Shown here: positions 1 to 7,418 of the stretch, piece after piece | How the letters are laid out: every line of letters begins with the position of its first letter | Numbering within the stretch: the first letter of the stretch is position 1 | IMG/VR virus record: IMGVR_UViG_2690315922_000010 | DNA length: 18,250 nt | Strand: one strand, 5' to 3' | Origin: a virus | Taxonomy: Duplodnaviria; Heunggongvirae; Uroviricota; Caudoviricetes | Translations under genes and position numbers: made by a program | The notes under the pieces: generated by a model | Seen by the model: the letters and a program-made list of their open reading frames with translations, nothing else | What the model was told of the DNA's origin: nothing | Databases searched by the model: none

Positions 1-409
1 GCTCGAACTGACCATAACCAGCGCCCGGCAGTGAAGCCCAGATATTGCTGCAACGGTCAATTGCCTGACGAATATCACCGCGATCAATCATCGGTAAAGC
101 GCCACGCTCTTTAATCTGCTGCAATGCCACAGCGTCCTGGCTTTTCGGAGAGAAGTCTTTCAGGCCAAGCTGCTTACGGTATGCATCCCACCAACGGGAA
201 AGAAGCTGGTAACGTCCAGCTGCGGTTGATTTAAGTTGCGGGTTTAGCGTGACAAGTTTGCGAGGATGATCGGAGTAATCCGTGAATAGCTCACCACCTA
301 CAATAACGTCGTAGCCGTGATTGCGGGTTGGCTGTCGCCCGTTATCCGTTCCTTCTGACCACGCCAACATATCGAGAAAAGCTTTACGCTGGGAATTTAG
401 TACCTGCAT
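1..409 (-). CDS. R: Phage endolysin R (lambda R-type lytic transglycosylase), 3' end truncated by the window edge
   Basis: Reverse-strand translation from ATG at 409-407 reads MQVLNSQRKAFLDMLAWSEGTDNGRQPTRNHGYDVIVGGELFTDYSDHPRKLVTLNP...GAGYGQFE, near-identical to lambda R as I recall it (catalytic Glu in AWSEGT). Absent from the ORF track because no stop lies inside the window. Confidence 0.9.
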   Translation of the reverse strand, partial: MQVLNSQRKAFLDMLAWSEGTDNGRQPTRNHGYDVIVGGELFTDYSDHPRKLVTLNPQLKSTAAGRYQLLSRWWDAYRKQLGLKDFSPKSQDAVALQQIKERGALPMIDRGDIRQAIDRCSNIWASLPGAGYGQFE

Positions 410-412
410 AAA

Positions 413-739
413 TTACTCCTTCGAGCTACCAAATTTGTTGCCGATTACTCTCATTGCAGCACCACGAATAGCATCGACGCCGATCAGCCCAACGCCGCCA
501 CCAATGGCAACAGAAAGTGATTTAGGCCATCCGACATACTCAAGCGCGGATGCAAAGGTCAGCGTCAGAGCGCCACAGAGCAAAATCTCGAGCGTTTTTC
601 TCTTCCAGCCACCACCACCGCCAAAATAGGCAATGCGCAAGCCAGCCATAACGATCGACATAATCACTGCGCCCAGCGGTGTGTCTCCACGCCACCAGCT
701 CTGGACCAACTCCAGCCAAGTATTTGGGTTATGAGGCAT
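413..739 (-). CDS. S: Holin (lambda S-like class I), 108 aa
   Basis: Sits immediately upstream of R on the same strand with a 3-nt gap. Small protein with hydrophobic segments, a glycine-rich turn (YFGGGGGW) and a charged C-terminus. GAGGTGA ribosome-binding site upstream, though about 13 nt from the ATG. Confidence 0.7.
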   Translation of the reverse strand: MPHNPNTWLELVQSWWRGDTPLGAVIMSIVMAGLRIAYFGGGGGWKRKTLEILLCGALTLTFASALEYVGWPKSLSVAIGGGVGLIGVDAIRGAAMRVIGNKFGSSKE

Positions 740-887
740 TTGTAGTTATCTCTCACCTCGCTGATACAGCAGGTGCAAATTGAGGAAACATCATGTACCG
801 CAAATCAGAAGCGGAAACGTCAAAGAAGCCGAGCCAATGGATAACTGCGGGATAGACTAGGCCCAACGAATCCCCAGGCCCAGAAAC

Positions 888-915
888 GACAAAACCCGCT
901 CGACGGCGGGTTTAA
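888..915 (-). terminator. Candidate intrinsic terminator upstream of the lysis genes (tR-prime-like position)
   Basis: 8-bp stem AAACCCGC/GCGGGTTT (892-899 and 906-913) with 6-nt loop. Read on the minus strand it is followed by a U-rich tail (UUUUGUCGUUUCU). About 150 bp upstream of S. Confidence 0.35.
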
Positions 916-1030
916 GCTGTGTGGCGAAGTAACCACTCTTAACACAATACAATACTTTTTGCGTACGCGTTAGTGTTTTGATAGAATTTTCAGCCACATA
1001 AAAATCCATTCTTATAATTGGGGATATATA

Positions 1031-2206
1031 ATGGATATAACTTGTTTAGAATGTGGCAATGTTCTTGACGACCCAACTGTAGCTTGCGATAAATGCGGTG
1101 CCACGCCTCATGTTGTAGTGCTGGGCAAACAATCGTACTTTCCTATTGGTGCTGTAACAGCAAATCTTGAAAAAAATGATTCAAGAGCATTTGATTATCG
1201 ATTAGGTGAAGTTTGGGATCTAAAAAATGAAGTCACATCTGAATTCATAACCAGAATTGAGAAAAAATTTAGCCGAAAAAACAAATTTCATAACTTCCTA
1301 GACTCAGATCACAACCCTTCATCCATTCCTACGATCCTAAAAAAATACATTAATAAAAATAATGAATTCATTGATTTATCTAGAGCTATAATAGAGAGGC
1401 TTAAACATAATGCTAATAACGAATCGAGAGTTGCCCAACTTCAGGGGGGGAGCGTTGTTTTCATCCACTATAAGTCTACCGAACCAGAGGATTTGGGGAA
1501 ACTTCTAATCGTAATGGTTGATAAACAAAGCGCCTATGACTTTGATTCGGATAAGTTGACCCCAACAAGATTAAATCCAATTAATACCGATGCCTTACGG
1601 CAGGCTGCGATGTTCGATTTAACTTTATTCGAAGCCAGTTATCCAGAAAACAAGGGTGACTCATATGTACATTTCTTGCAAGGTAAATCTAAAAGCGATT
1701 TTTTCAAAGACTCATTAGGTTGCCGACATGATTCGGACAATAAAAGAAGCATTCAGCAATTATTCAGTGCTATAGATATTTTTGCTAGTAAAAACTCACT
1801 CGGTCGTGTACTGCGTGATACTATTGACAATGAAGTTAAATCCTTACTGGAAAAAAAATCAAAAGATAAACACGGAAATAAGTCCGTTAAGATAGAGGAT
1901 ATTTCAAAAATAATTGACTCATGCCTGACTGATTCACACAAATGTAAGGGAACGTTTGTCGATTTTGTTAATCTTAATGGTTTCCAGATTGACCCTCAAT
2001 TTGAACCAACTCCTAAAGCAGCTGAAAGCGCGCTTACAATTGAAGTGGCAGATAACGACAATAATTTTAAGTTGAAAATAATGCGTGGAGCTATTGGAGA
2101 CGAAAAGTCAAATAAGCCTGTAATTCTCACTGACAACAAATGCGAAATTGTGATAAAATTGAGTCAGGCAAATTATGATGAACTCAAAAGATATAGAGAC
2201 AGCTAA
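1031..2206 (+). CDS. Zinc-ribbon protein with NdpA/YejK-like (nucleoid-associated, PF04245-like) domain, 391 aa; cassette gene 1
   Basis: ATG at 1031 with GGGGA 6 nt upstream. N-terminal CxxC-X10-CxxC (C5, C8, C19, C22). Central block GGSVVFIHYK...LLIVMVDK...YVHFLQGKSKSDFFKDSLG resembles the NdpA/YejK signature as I remember it. Strongly AT-rich codon usage compared with flanking phage genes. Function is inferred, not confirmed. Confidence 0.8.
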   Translation: MDITCLECGNVLDDPTVACDKCGATPHVVVLGKQSYFPIGAVTANLEKNDSRAFDYRLGEVWDLKNEVTSEFITRIEKKFSRKNKFHNFLDSDHNPSSIPTILKKYINKNNEFIDLSRAIIERLKHNANNESRVAQLQGGSVVFIHYKSTEPEDLGKLLIVMVDKQSAYDFDSDKLTPTRLNPINTDALRQAAMFDLTLFEASYPENKGDSYVHFLQGKSKSDFFKDSLGCRHDSDNKRSIQQLFSAIDIFASKNSLGRVLRDTIDNEVKSLLEKKSKDKHGNKSVKIEDISKIIDSCLTDSHKCKGTFVDFVNLNGFQIDPQFEPTPKAAESALTIEVADNDNNFKLKIMRGAIGDEKSNKPVILTDNKCEIVIKLSQANYDELKRYRDS

Positions 2207-2208
2207 TA

Positions 2209-3423
2209 ATGACAATTGCTGATGACTTATCAAGATTAGCGCAGATTATTAACGGAGCCTCAAGCAGAGTTGAGGGCTACTACACTGTCATAAGTCTTGA
2301 AGAAAGCATTGTTATTGTAAATAGTTCTGAAATAATTAGACTGTTACAATCTATAGGTTATAAAAAGGCAACAACCTGCATCGAAAATAATGAAATTTGG
2401 CTAGATCGCCAAGCTTCATCTTGGGATGACGCTATAATTTATGAGAATGTTGAGTCTTTTTGGTCTAGAGTAAACACCCAAAACGCTCTTCCGAAAAATT
2501 ATATCATCGGAACGCCGTTAATACTCCCTACTTCTAAGAATGAAAGCATCGAAAAAATCCATATTTTCTTTATGTGGAAAGATATCCTTTCATTAATTGC
2601 TGATCATCATAACAGTGACTGCTCTGTCTTATTTTTCACCAATGAAGACAAAAGTTATACAGTCGAACTCACGCATTTTTTACAATATAGCGAGATTAAT
2701 CGCTTATCGAACTCGTCTCTTAAATATGAAATTATAAAGGAGCTTCTCGACACAATAAAAATCAATGATTTACACAAAAGCGAGCGCAAGCTCGTTATAC
2801 GCTCAGCCATAAACGAAGTATTTAAAGCAAATGGTACGTTCAATTTCTTTGACTTGCTTAACTCTACTGAACTCGTCAGGAAAAAATATGATGAACTATA
2901 TGAGATTTACACAAAGAGGTTTTCTGTAAATAAAATTCTTAACGAACTCGATGAGAAAAATCTTGAGTTCACGAGTAAAATTAACGAATTCATATCATCT
3001 AATCAGACAAAAGCATTGACTATTCCCGGTGCATTAATAGCAGCTGGTGGCTTAGTGAAGGCTAATGAAACAACCGAAGCAATATTGATTATCGCAGGAC
3101 TTTGGATGATAAAAAAAGTCAATTACATTTCTATTGAGATATTCAATGAAACATTCGACAACTTACGTTCTCGAGTGGAGTCCGCTTTCGATAAGTATTT
3201 AAAGTTTGAAGAAAATAAAGAAATCAAAGATAATGCAGATAGTATTAAGAGTAGCATTACAGGTTTGATTGATAAAGCTAAAAAAAGGATGAGAACTGTT
3301 AAATATCTCGCATCAGCCATGTTTTATGGAGGCCTTATTTACGTTGGATATAAACAGTTCCCAGTCTTTTTTGAAAAATCGGCAGTAAATCTATTTTATT
3401 TTTTATGCCATACTATAAGCTAA
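2209..3423 (+). CDS. Membrane-anchored protein of unknown function, 404 aa; cassette gene 2
   Basis: ATG 2 nt after the stop of gene 1, suggesting translational coupling. About 265 aa soluble N-terminal domain, then a hydrophobic helical hairpin (about aa 268-303, ALTIPGALIAAGGLV...AILIIAGLWMI) and a third hydrophobic segment (about aa 366-380, YLASAMFYGGLIYVGY). AT-rich like gene 1. No recognisable catalytic motif. Confidence 0.75.
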   Translation: MTIADDLSRLAQIINGASSRVEGYYTVISLEESIVIVNSSEIIRLLQSIGYKKATTCIENNEIWLDRQASSWDDAIIYENVESFWSRVNTQNALPKNYIIGTPLILPTSKNESIEKIHIFFMWKDILSLIADHHNSDCSVLFFTNEDKSYTVELTHFLQYSEINRLSNSSLKYEIIKELLDTIKINDLHKSERKLVIRSAINEVFKANGTFNFFDLLNSTELVRKKYDELYEIYTKRFSVNKILNELDEKNLEFTSKINEFISSNQTKALTIPGALIAAGGLVKANETTEAILIIAGLWMIKKVNYISIEIFNETFDNLRSRVESAFDKYLKFEENKEIKDNADSIKSSITGLIDKAKKRMRTVKYLASAMFYGGLIYVGYKQFPVFFEKSAVNLFYFLCHTIS

Positions 3424-3759
3424 CATTGCTAAACAGCCGTCAACAAACCCCATTGCAGTTTGCAGTTCCTTCCTAATTGTGCCATCAGAGCATTTTCTCT
3501 TCTTCGCAATAGTGCGTAATGAGATACCGATAACAAAGTGGGCGATGATGAGCTCATATTCCTCTGGTTTATACCTTCTCAACCGAGCCACACAACTGTC
3601 TATCATGATGCCTTCATCATCATCGCACTGGAGACGTGACTTTTTACCGTGTGGTAGAAGCCCCTTGAAACCAGCCGCTATCGGCTGCCAGTCGACACCA
3701 CTATTTTCTGCTGCAGCCCAAGCCCCCCAACGATCTAAAACTTCGTACATATCACGCAT
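3403..3759 (-). CDS. Q: Late-gene antiterminator Q (phage 21/QuuD-like family), 118 aa
   Basis: MRDMYEVLDRWGAWAAAENSG...AAGFKGLL...RLQCDDDEG...CSDGTIRKELQ matches the small Q family of E. coli lambdoid prophages as I recall it. Lies between the replication genes and the lysis genes. ATG overlaps the stop of the upstream gene (TGATG). Confidence 0.8.
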   Translation of the reverse strand: MRDMYEVLDRWGAWAAAENSGVDWQPIAAGFKGLLPHGKKSRLQCDDDEGIMIDSCVARLRRYKPEEYELIIAHFVIGISLRTIAKKRKCSDGTIRKELQTAMGFVDGCLAMLAYSMA

Positions 3760-4001
3760 CAGCGCAGTACCTCCTGCACCAGTTTTTCAAACTTTCCAAC
3801 TTTGGTTTCCAGCTCTGCCACACAATCAACGAGCTCATCCACCGCTTTTTGTGCGCGATGTTTCGCCTGCATCAGTTCCCTGAGCGCTGGCACCATATCC
3901 CGACGAATGGCATCTTTTGTTACACCTGTTTTTTCCAGTTGTTCCGCCTGTCGCAACATTTCCTGTGCCTGTTTACGTAGTTGTTCAGGGGTAAAAGTCA
4001 T
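3759..4001 (-). CDS. Hypothetical small coiled-coil protein (about 80 aa), nin-region position
   Basis: The ORF track starts at a TTG (4016); I prefer the ATG at 4001 (MTFTPEQLRK...). Charged helical sequence. Its stop overlaps the Q start, and its 5' end abuts the DnaB stop. No clear Shine-Dalgarno. Confidence 0.5.
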   Translation of the reverse strand: MTFTPEQLRKQAQEMLRQAEQLEKTGVTKDAIRRDMVPALRELMQAKHRAQKAVDELVDCVAELETKVGKFEKLVQEVLR

Positions 4002-4012
4002 TGTCTGGTTGT

Positions 4013-5404
4013 TCAAAAGAAACGCTCCATCTTACTGCTGTCAGTTCGTTTGTTGCTGTATCTGCGCGGCTGGGGCTGCTGCATTGGGGTGGAAAGAATC
4101 TGTGCGCTTTCCTGATCCACAGGCAGAAAATGTCCGTTATAAAAACGCCGGTAAATCGTCCCCAGAGAACCGTTACGTTGTTTCGTGATATTGATTTCTG
4201 CTATGCCCCGGGCCTGCGTATCCGGGTTGTACACTTCATCCCTGTAAAGCATCAGAATGATGTCTGCATCCGCCTCTATTTCTCCGGAATTTTTCAGGTC
4301 TGAGTTCATGGGGCGTTTATTGGGTCTGGACTCCACACCACGGGAGAGCTGGCTCAGCGCAATTAAGGGAAAACCACCGGATTTTGCCAGGCCTTTAAGC
4401 CCCTTTGAGATTTCACCCACGGCAAGGTCATGACGCCCCGTGGTTCGGGTTTTTATCAGCCCGAGATAATCAACCACCACCAGCGCCGTTTCCGGATATT
4501 TAATCAGGTGGTGTTTCGTTGTTGCGCATATCTCGTCAATGGTCAGGTTCGCCTGGTCCACCATCCAGATATTGCGCCCGGTCATCCGCCCCACCCCTTG
4601 TGAGAAACGCGCCCAGTCTTCGTCTTCAAAGTGAGCGACAGATTTCAGACGTGATACCGGCATTCCTCCAGCCGCAGATACCATGCGCTCACCAATCTGG
4701 ATGTTCGCCATTTCCATTGTGAACAGAAGAACACCATGCCCCTGCTCAGTCACCTTGTCGATGATATCCAGCGCCAGTTCAGTTTTGCCCATTGACGGAC
4801 GAGCCGCAATAAATACCAGGTCGCCGGGCTCCATGCCGCCTGTTTTTGCGTCCAGTTCATCAATACCGGTCATCAACGTCCTGGATTTCTCCAGCCCCTG
4901 ATTCCGGCATTCAACACGCTCAACCACTTCCGGAAGCACATCATCAATATGTACCGGCTGAATAACGCCCTTTTCCGTCGACAATGAGGCCATCATGTTC
5001 TGCGCATCCTTCAGGGCATCTTCAGCTGCTTCACAGGTATGCGCATCACGTAATTTCTGCAACGCCTCATTCAGCGTCTTTTCTGCATCACGCAGTGCGG
5101 CATTGCGACGCAACGCTGCAACATAGTGCTCCAGTGAAGACTTCACCCAGGTTTTACGCCCGGTATCAGTAATCACCGGAGCAAGTTCCGGCATCTCATT
5201 GCACAGCAGCACAGGATCAATCACACCTGAAACACGAGCCTGTCTGCAGATGCCTGTGTAGATATCCCGATACGCTCGTACAGAAAAAACGTCCGCAGGT
5301 AGTGTGGCCAGAATATCCATCACTTCAGGATCTGCCCCACGCAGAAAGAACGCGCCAATGACAGCGCCTTCCAGGTCATCGTTACGCCAGACTGGTGTTG
5401 TCAT
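4013..5404 (-). CDS. DnaB-family replicative DNA helicase, about 463 aa
   Basis: Walker A AARPSMGKTELAL and other DnaB C-terminal RecA-like motifs (LVFIAARPSMGKT, VVVDYLGLIK, LSQLSRGVESRPNKRP). Start set at ATG 5404, which overlaps the stop of the upstream loader gene (ATGA), rather than the track's GTG at 5512. Confidence 0.9.
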   Translation of the reverse strand: MTTPVWRNDDLEGAVIGAFFLRGADPEVMDILATLPADVFSVRAYRDIYTGICRQARVSGVIDPVLLCNEMPELAPVITDTGRKTWVKSSLEHYVAALRRNAALRDAEKTLNEALQKLRDAHTCEAAEDALKDAQNMMASLSTEKGVIQPVHIDDVLPEVVERVECRNQGLEKSRTLMTGIDELDAKTGGMEPGDLVFIAARPSMGKTELALDIIDKVTEQGHGVLLFTMEMANIQIGERMVSAAGGMPVSRLKSVAHFEDEDWARFSQGVGRMTGRNIWMVDQANLTIDEICATTKHHLIKYPETALVVVDYLGLIKTRTTGRHDLAVGEISKGLKGLAKSGGFPLIALSQLSRGVESRPNKRPMNSDLKNSGEIEADADIILMLYRDEVYNPDTQARGIAEINITKQRNGSLGTIYRRFYNGHFLPVDQESAQILSTPMQQPQPRRYSNKRTDSSKMERFF

Positions 5405-6279
5405 GCAGCCACACCTCTGATACGAGAACGGTAGCTGGGCCAGTTGAACGACAACCAGTTGCGCCCCCCGTCTGTGATCCTGTCGGCAATGCGGGGGCTG
5501 ATGAACGCCCACAACTCTTCCGGTGAAAGGTTGCTGATCAGGATGGTGGGCAGGATACTTTCGTACCGGGCATTGATAATTTCCTGCAAAATAGCCATTT
5601 CAGCCGCGCTGCCAAACTGAACACCAACTTCGTCGATGATCAGCAAATCCATTGACGCATAATGCTCAATAACTTCATCCGCTGTTTTTTCGCTGTCATT
5701 CCGCCAGCAGTTTTTCACAGCACGGGTAAGGCGCATCACGTCGGTGATCTCCACGCTGGCCAGATGATTACGGATGATGTGTTTTGCCATAGCCACAGCC
5801 AGATGATTTTTCCCGGTACCGCAACTGCCAGTCATAACAAGACTGGTGCCGTTCTCCAGCATATCTGGCCAGTTCTCCGCATAGCGGCGACAGGCTGCAA
5901 GATTTCTGGCTGCGTCAGGATTAACCTCCAGATAGTTATCAAACTCACAGTCCCGAAAACGCAGGGCAATTCCGGCGTTATCAGTCAGCTCTTCCGCCTT
6001 GAGGGACGACAGCTCCATGGTCAAATCGTTGGCCTCAGCGATCAAGCAGTCAGGGCAGCATGAAATTTTTTCTCTGTCCTCGCCATTGCGATCGCTCCAC
6101 ACCAGTATATGCGTATGGTATTTACCGTGTTTTTCGCAATACCCGCGACCTTCACGCATCAGGCAGGAACGATAAGGCCATGGCTTTTCGCCCTTCTGAG
6201 CAAATGCAATCTCTGCCCGTAACTCATCCATTCGCGCCTGTAGTCTTGTTTGTTGTTCACGCAGGTTAAACGTCATCAT
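5401..6279 (-). CDS. DnaC/IstB-like AAA+ helicase loader, about 292 aa
   Basis: Walker A GSCGTGKNHLAVAMA and Walker B LLIIDEVG. N-terminal Cys/His-rich segment (CEKHGKYHTH...CCPDC). ATG at 6279 preceded by GAGGTGA; the track start at 6288 is a GTG. Confidence 0.85.
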   Translation of the reverse strand: MMTFNLREQQTRLQARMDELRAEIAFAQKGEKPWPYRSCLMREGRGYCEKHGKYHTHILVWSDRNGEDREKISCCPDCLIAEANDLTMELSSLKAEELTDNAGIALRFRDCEFDNYLEVNPDAARNLAACRRYAENWPDMLENGTSLVMTGSCGTGKNHLAVAMAKHIIRNHLASVEITDVMRLTRAVKNCWRNDSEKTADEVIEHYASMDLLIIDEVGVQFGSAAEMAILQEIINARYESILPTILISNLSPEELWAFISPRIADRITDGGRNWLSFNWPSYRSRIRGVAA

Positions 6280-6289
6280 CGCTGTCACC

Positions 6290-7198
6290 TCAGAATGTCA
6301 ATTTGTCACTGGATTTACCGAATTTGTCAGACATGGCACCAAGGCCAGACAGGACATCGACCTGTCGCTGTCGCCCACCTCCGGGAGCGGCTGGCTGTTG
6401 CCAGAAATCTTCGAAGTGACGATCGGGGCCAAAGAACGTCGCAGCCTGCTTCACGAACTGTGTGCCGGTATTTCCTGTAGCACGTACCCAGGCGGCATAA
6501 CGTCTCACACCATCAAGCATGGTCTCCGGTTTTATTCCCTCCCTGAGACGGGCTTTCCAGGCTTTGAAGGCTGCTGACTTGGAATTGCCACCAGCACGTT
6601 TGGGATATTCCTGCCAGGCCTGTTCAAATTCCGGTGAATATTCCTGTCGGGCAGAACGCGCTGGTGCAGACGCGTCAGCGGATGCGCCAATAGTGTTTTT
6701 ACTCTCTGTAGTATTCTCTGAAGTAATCTCTGTTGTATTCTCTGTAAGATCGAAATTGGTTTTCCCTTCTCCGCGGCGAGGGGTTTCCCGTGTCCGCGGT
6801 GAAGGCTTGCCCTCCTCCGCGAAATTGGGTTTTACAGTTTCCCGAAAACGGGTTTCCCCATTTCGGGAAAACTGATTGTTTTCATTGATAATTTCATTAA
6901 GGCGCTCACAATCTATACGGTAGAACATTTTGTGCTCAAGACGCTTGTTGGTTTCAACCAAAATGCCTCTGGACACAAGATGCTTACGCGCTACAGCCTG
7001 TTGTTCAAATGTAAGTCCGGTTTCGTGTTGTATCTCTTCACGCGTTTTATGTACGCCTTCCGCTGCATGTGCTTTATCCTGCCAGTAAAAAATCTGACCA
7101 AAGAAAATAACAGCGTGCGGACTTCCCATGTATTTAACGAGCCCAGGGTAATAAGCAACCGGATGCCCAAAATCGAGCAGAAGATCAGACGGACGCAT
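6290..7198 (-). CDS. Replication initiator / replisome organiser (lambda O analogue), about 302 aa
   Basis: Immediately upstream of the loader and helicase genes. ATG at 7198 preceded by GGGAGGTGG. The mid-region encodes a repetitive peptide (TENTTEITSENTTESKNT) over tandem DNA iterons, as in lambda O/ori. Family assignment is by position and architecture. Confidence 0.75.
   Translation of the reverse strand: MRPSDLLLDFGHPVAYYPGLVKYMGSPHAVIFFGQIFYWQDKAHAAEGVHKTREEIQHETGLTFEQQAVARKHLVSRGILVETNKRLEHKMFYRIDCERLNEIINENNQFSRNGETRFRETVKPNFAEEGKPSPRTRETPRRGEGKTNFDLTENTTEITSENTTESKNTIGASADASAPARSARQEYSPEFEQAWQEYPKRAGGNSKSAAFKAWKARLREGIKPETMLDGVRRYAAWVRATGNTGTQFVKQAATFFGPDRHFEDFWQQPAAPGGGRQRQVDVLSGLGAMSDKFGKSSDKLTF
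6703..6870. repeat. Origin-like iteron array inside the initiator gene
   Basis: Four tandem 12-bp repeats starting at 6703, 6715, 6727 and 6739 (TCTCTGTAGTAT, TCTCTGAAGTAA, TCTCTGTTGTAT, TCTCTGTAAGAT). Downstream are GGKTTTCCC repeats (about 6768, 6781, 6850) and an inverted repeat TTCCCGAAAA...TTTCGGGAAA (about 6839-6872). Confidence 0.6.
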
Positions 7199-7418
7199 AG
7201 CCACCTCCCAGACGCTTAAACATTTTCCCGGACTGAAAAGCCACCAGCGGATAACTCAGGGTATGAGTACGTCCCTGAACCTGGCAGACAACCTTCTGGC
7301 TTTCTGTATTGACCAGGCAAACCCGCAGAACGTGGCCGTTGCTGGTGGTGAACCACTGCCCCACACGGGGGCAACGGTTGTATCGGTGATACAAGGAATT
7401 AACGACGCGGCGAATCAT
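7185..7418 (-). CDS. Hypothetical protein, 77 aa
   Basis: ATG at 7418 preceded by GGGAGGT and overlapping the stop of the upstream gene (ATGA). Basic and Cys-containing. The track start at 7433 gives a slightly longer form. Confidence 0.55.
   Translation of the reverse strand: MIRRVVNSLYHRYNRCPRVGQWFTTSNGHVLRVCLVNTESQKVVCQVQGRTHTLSYPLVAFQSGKMFKRLGGGYASV

Noticed and set aside
793-855. 20-codon plus-strand ORF between S and the cassette
   Set aside because: Too short, no ribosome-binding site, and it lies in the expected non-coding leader region upstream of S.
740-3423. Shiga toxin genes or tRNA genes in the Q-S slot (expected for Stx-type phages at yecE)
   Set aside because: Neither translated ORF resembles StxA/StxB (no signal-peptide A subunit followed by a small B subunit), and I see no tRNA-like cloverleaf. 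The cargo here is different.
3479-4303. Plus-strand ORFs (3479-3883, 3802-4188, 4001-4303) overlapping Q, the small nin-region gene and the DnaB 3' end
   Set aside because: They are antisense to well-supported minus-strand genes with recognisable domains, have no ribosome-binding sites, and their low-complexity Ser/Cys/Ala-rich translations are typical of shadow ORFs.
5405-5512. N-terminal extension of the DnaB ORF from a GTG at 5512
   Set aside because: The extension overlaps the C-terminus of the loader gene, and an ATG at 5404 gives the classic ATGA stop/start overlap.
4519-6480. Plus-strand ORFs of 62-133 aa inside the DnaB, DnaC-like and O-like genes
   Set aside because: Antisense to genes carrying Walker motifs. 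No start-site support.
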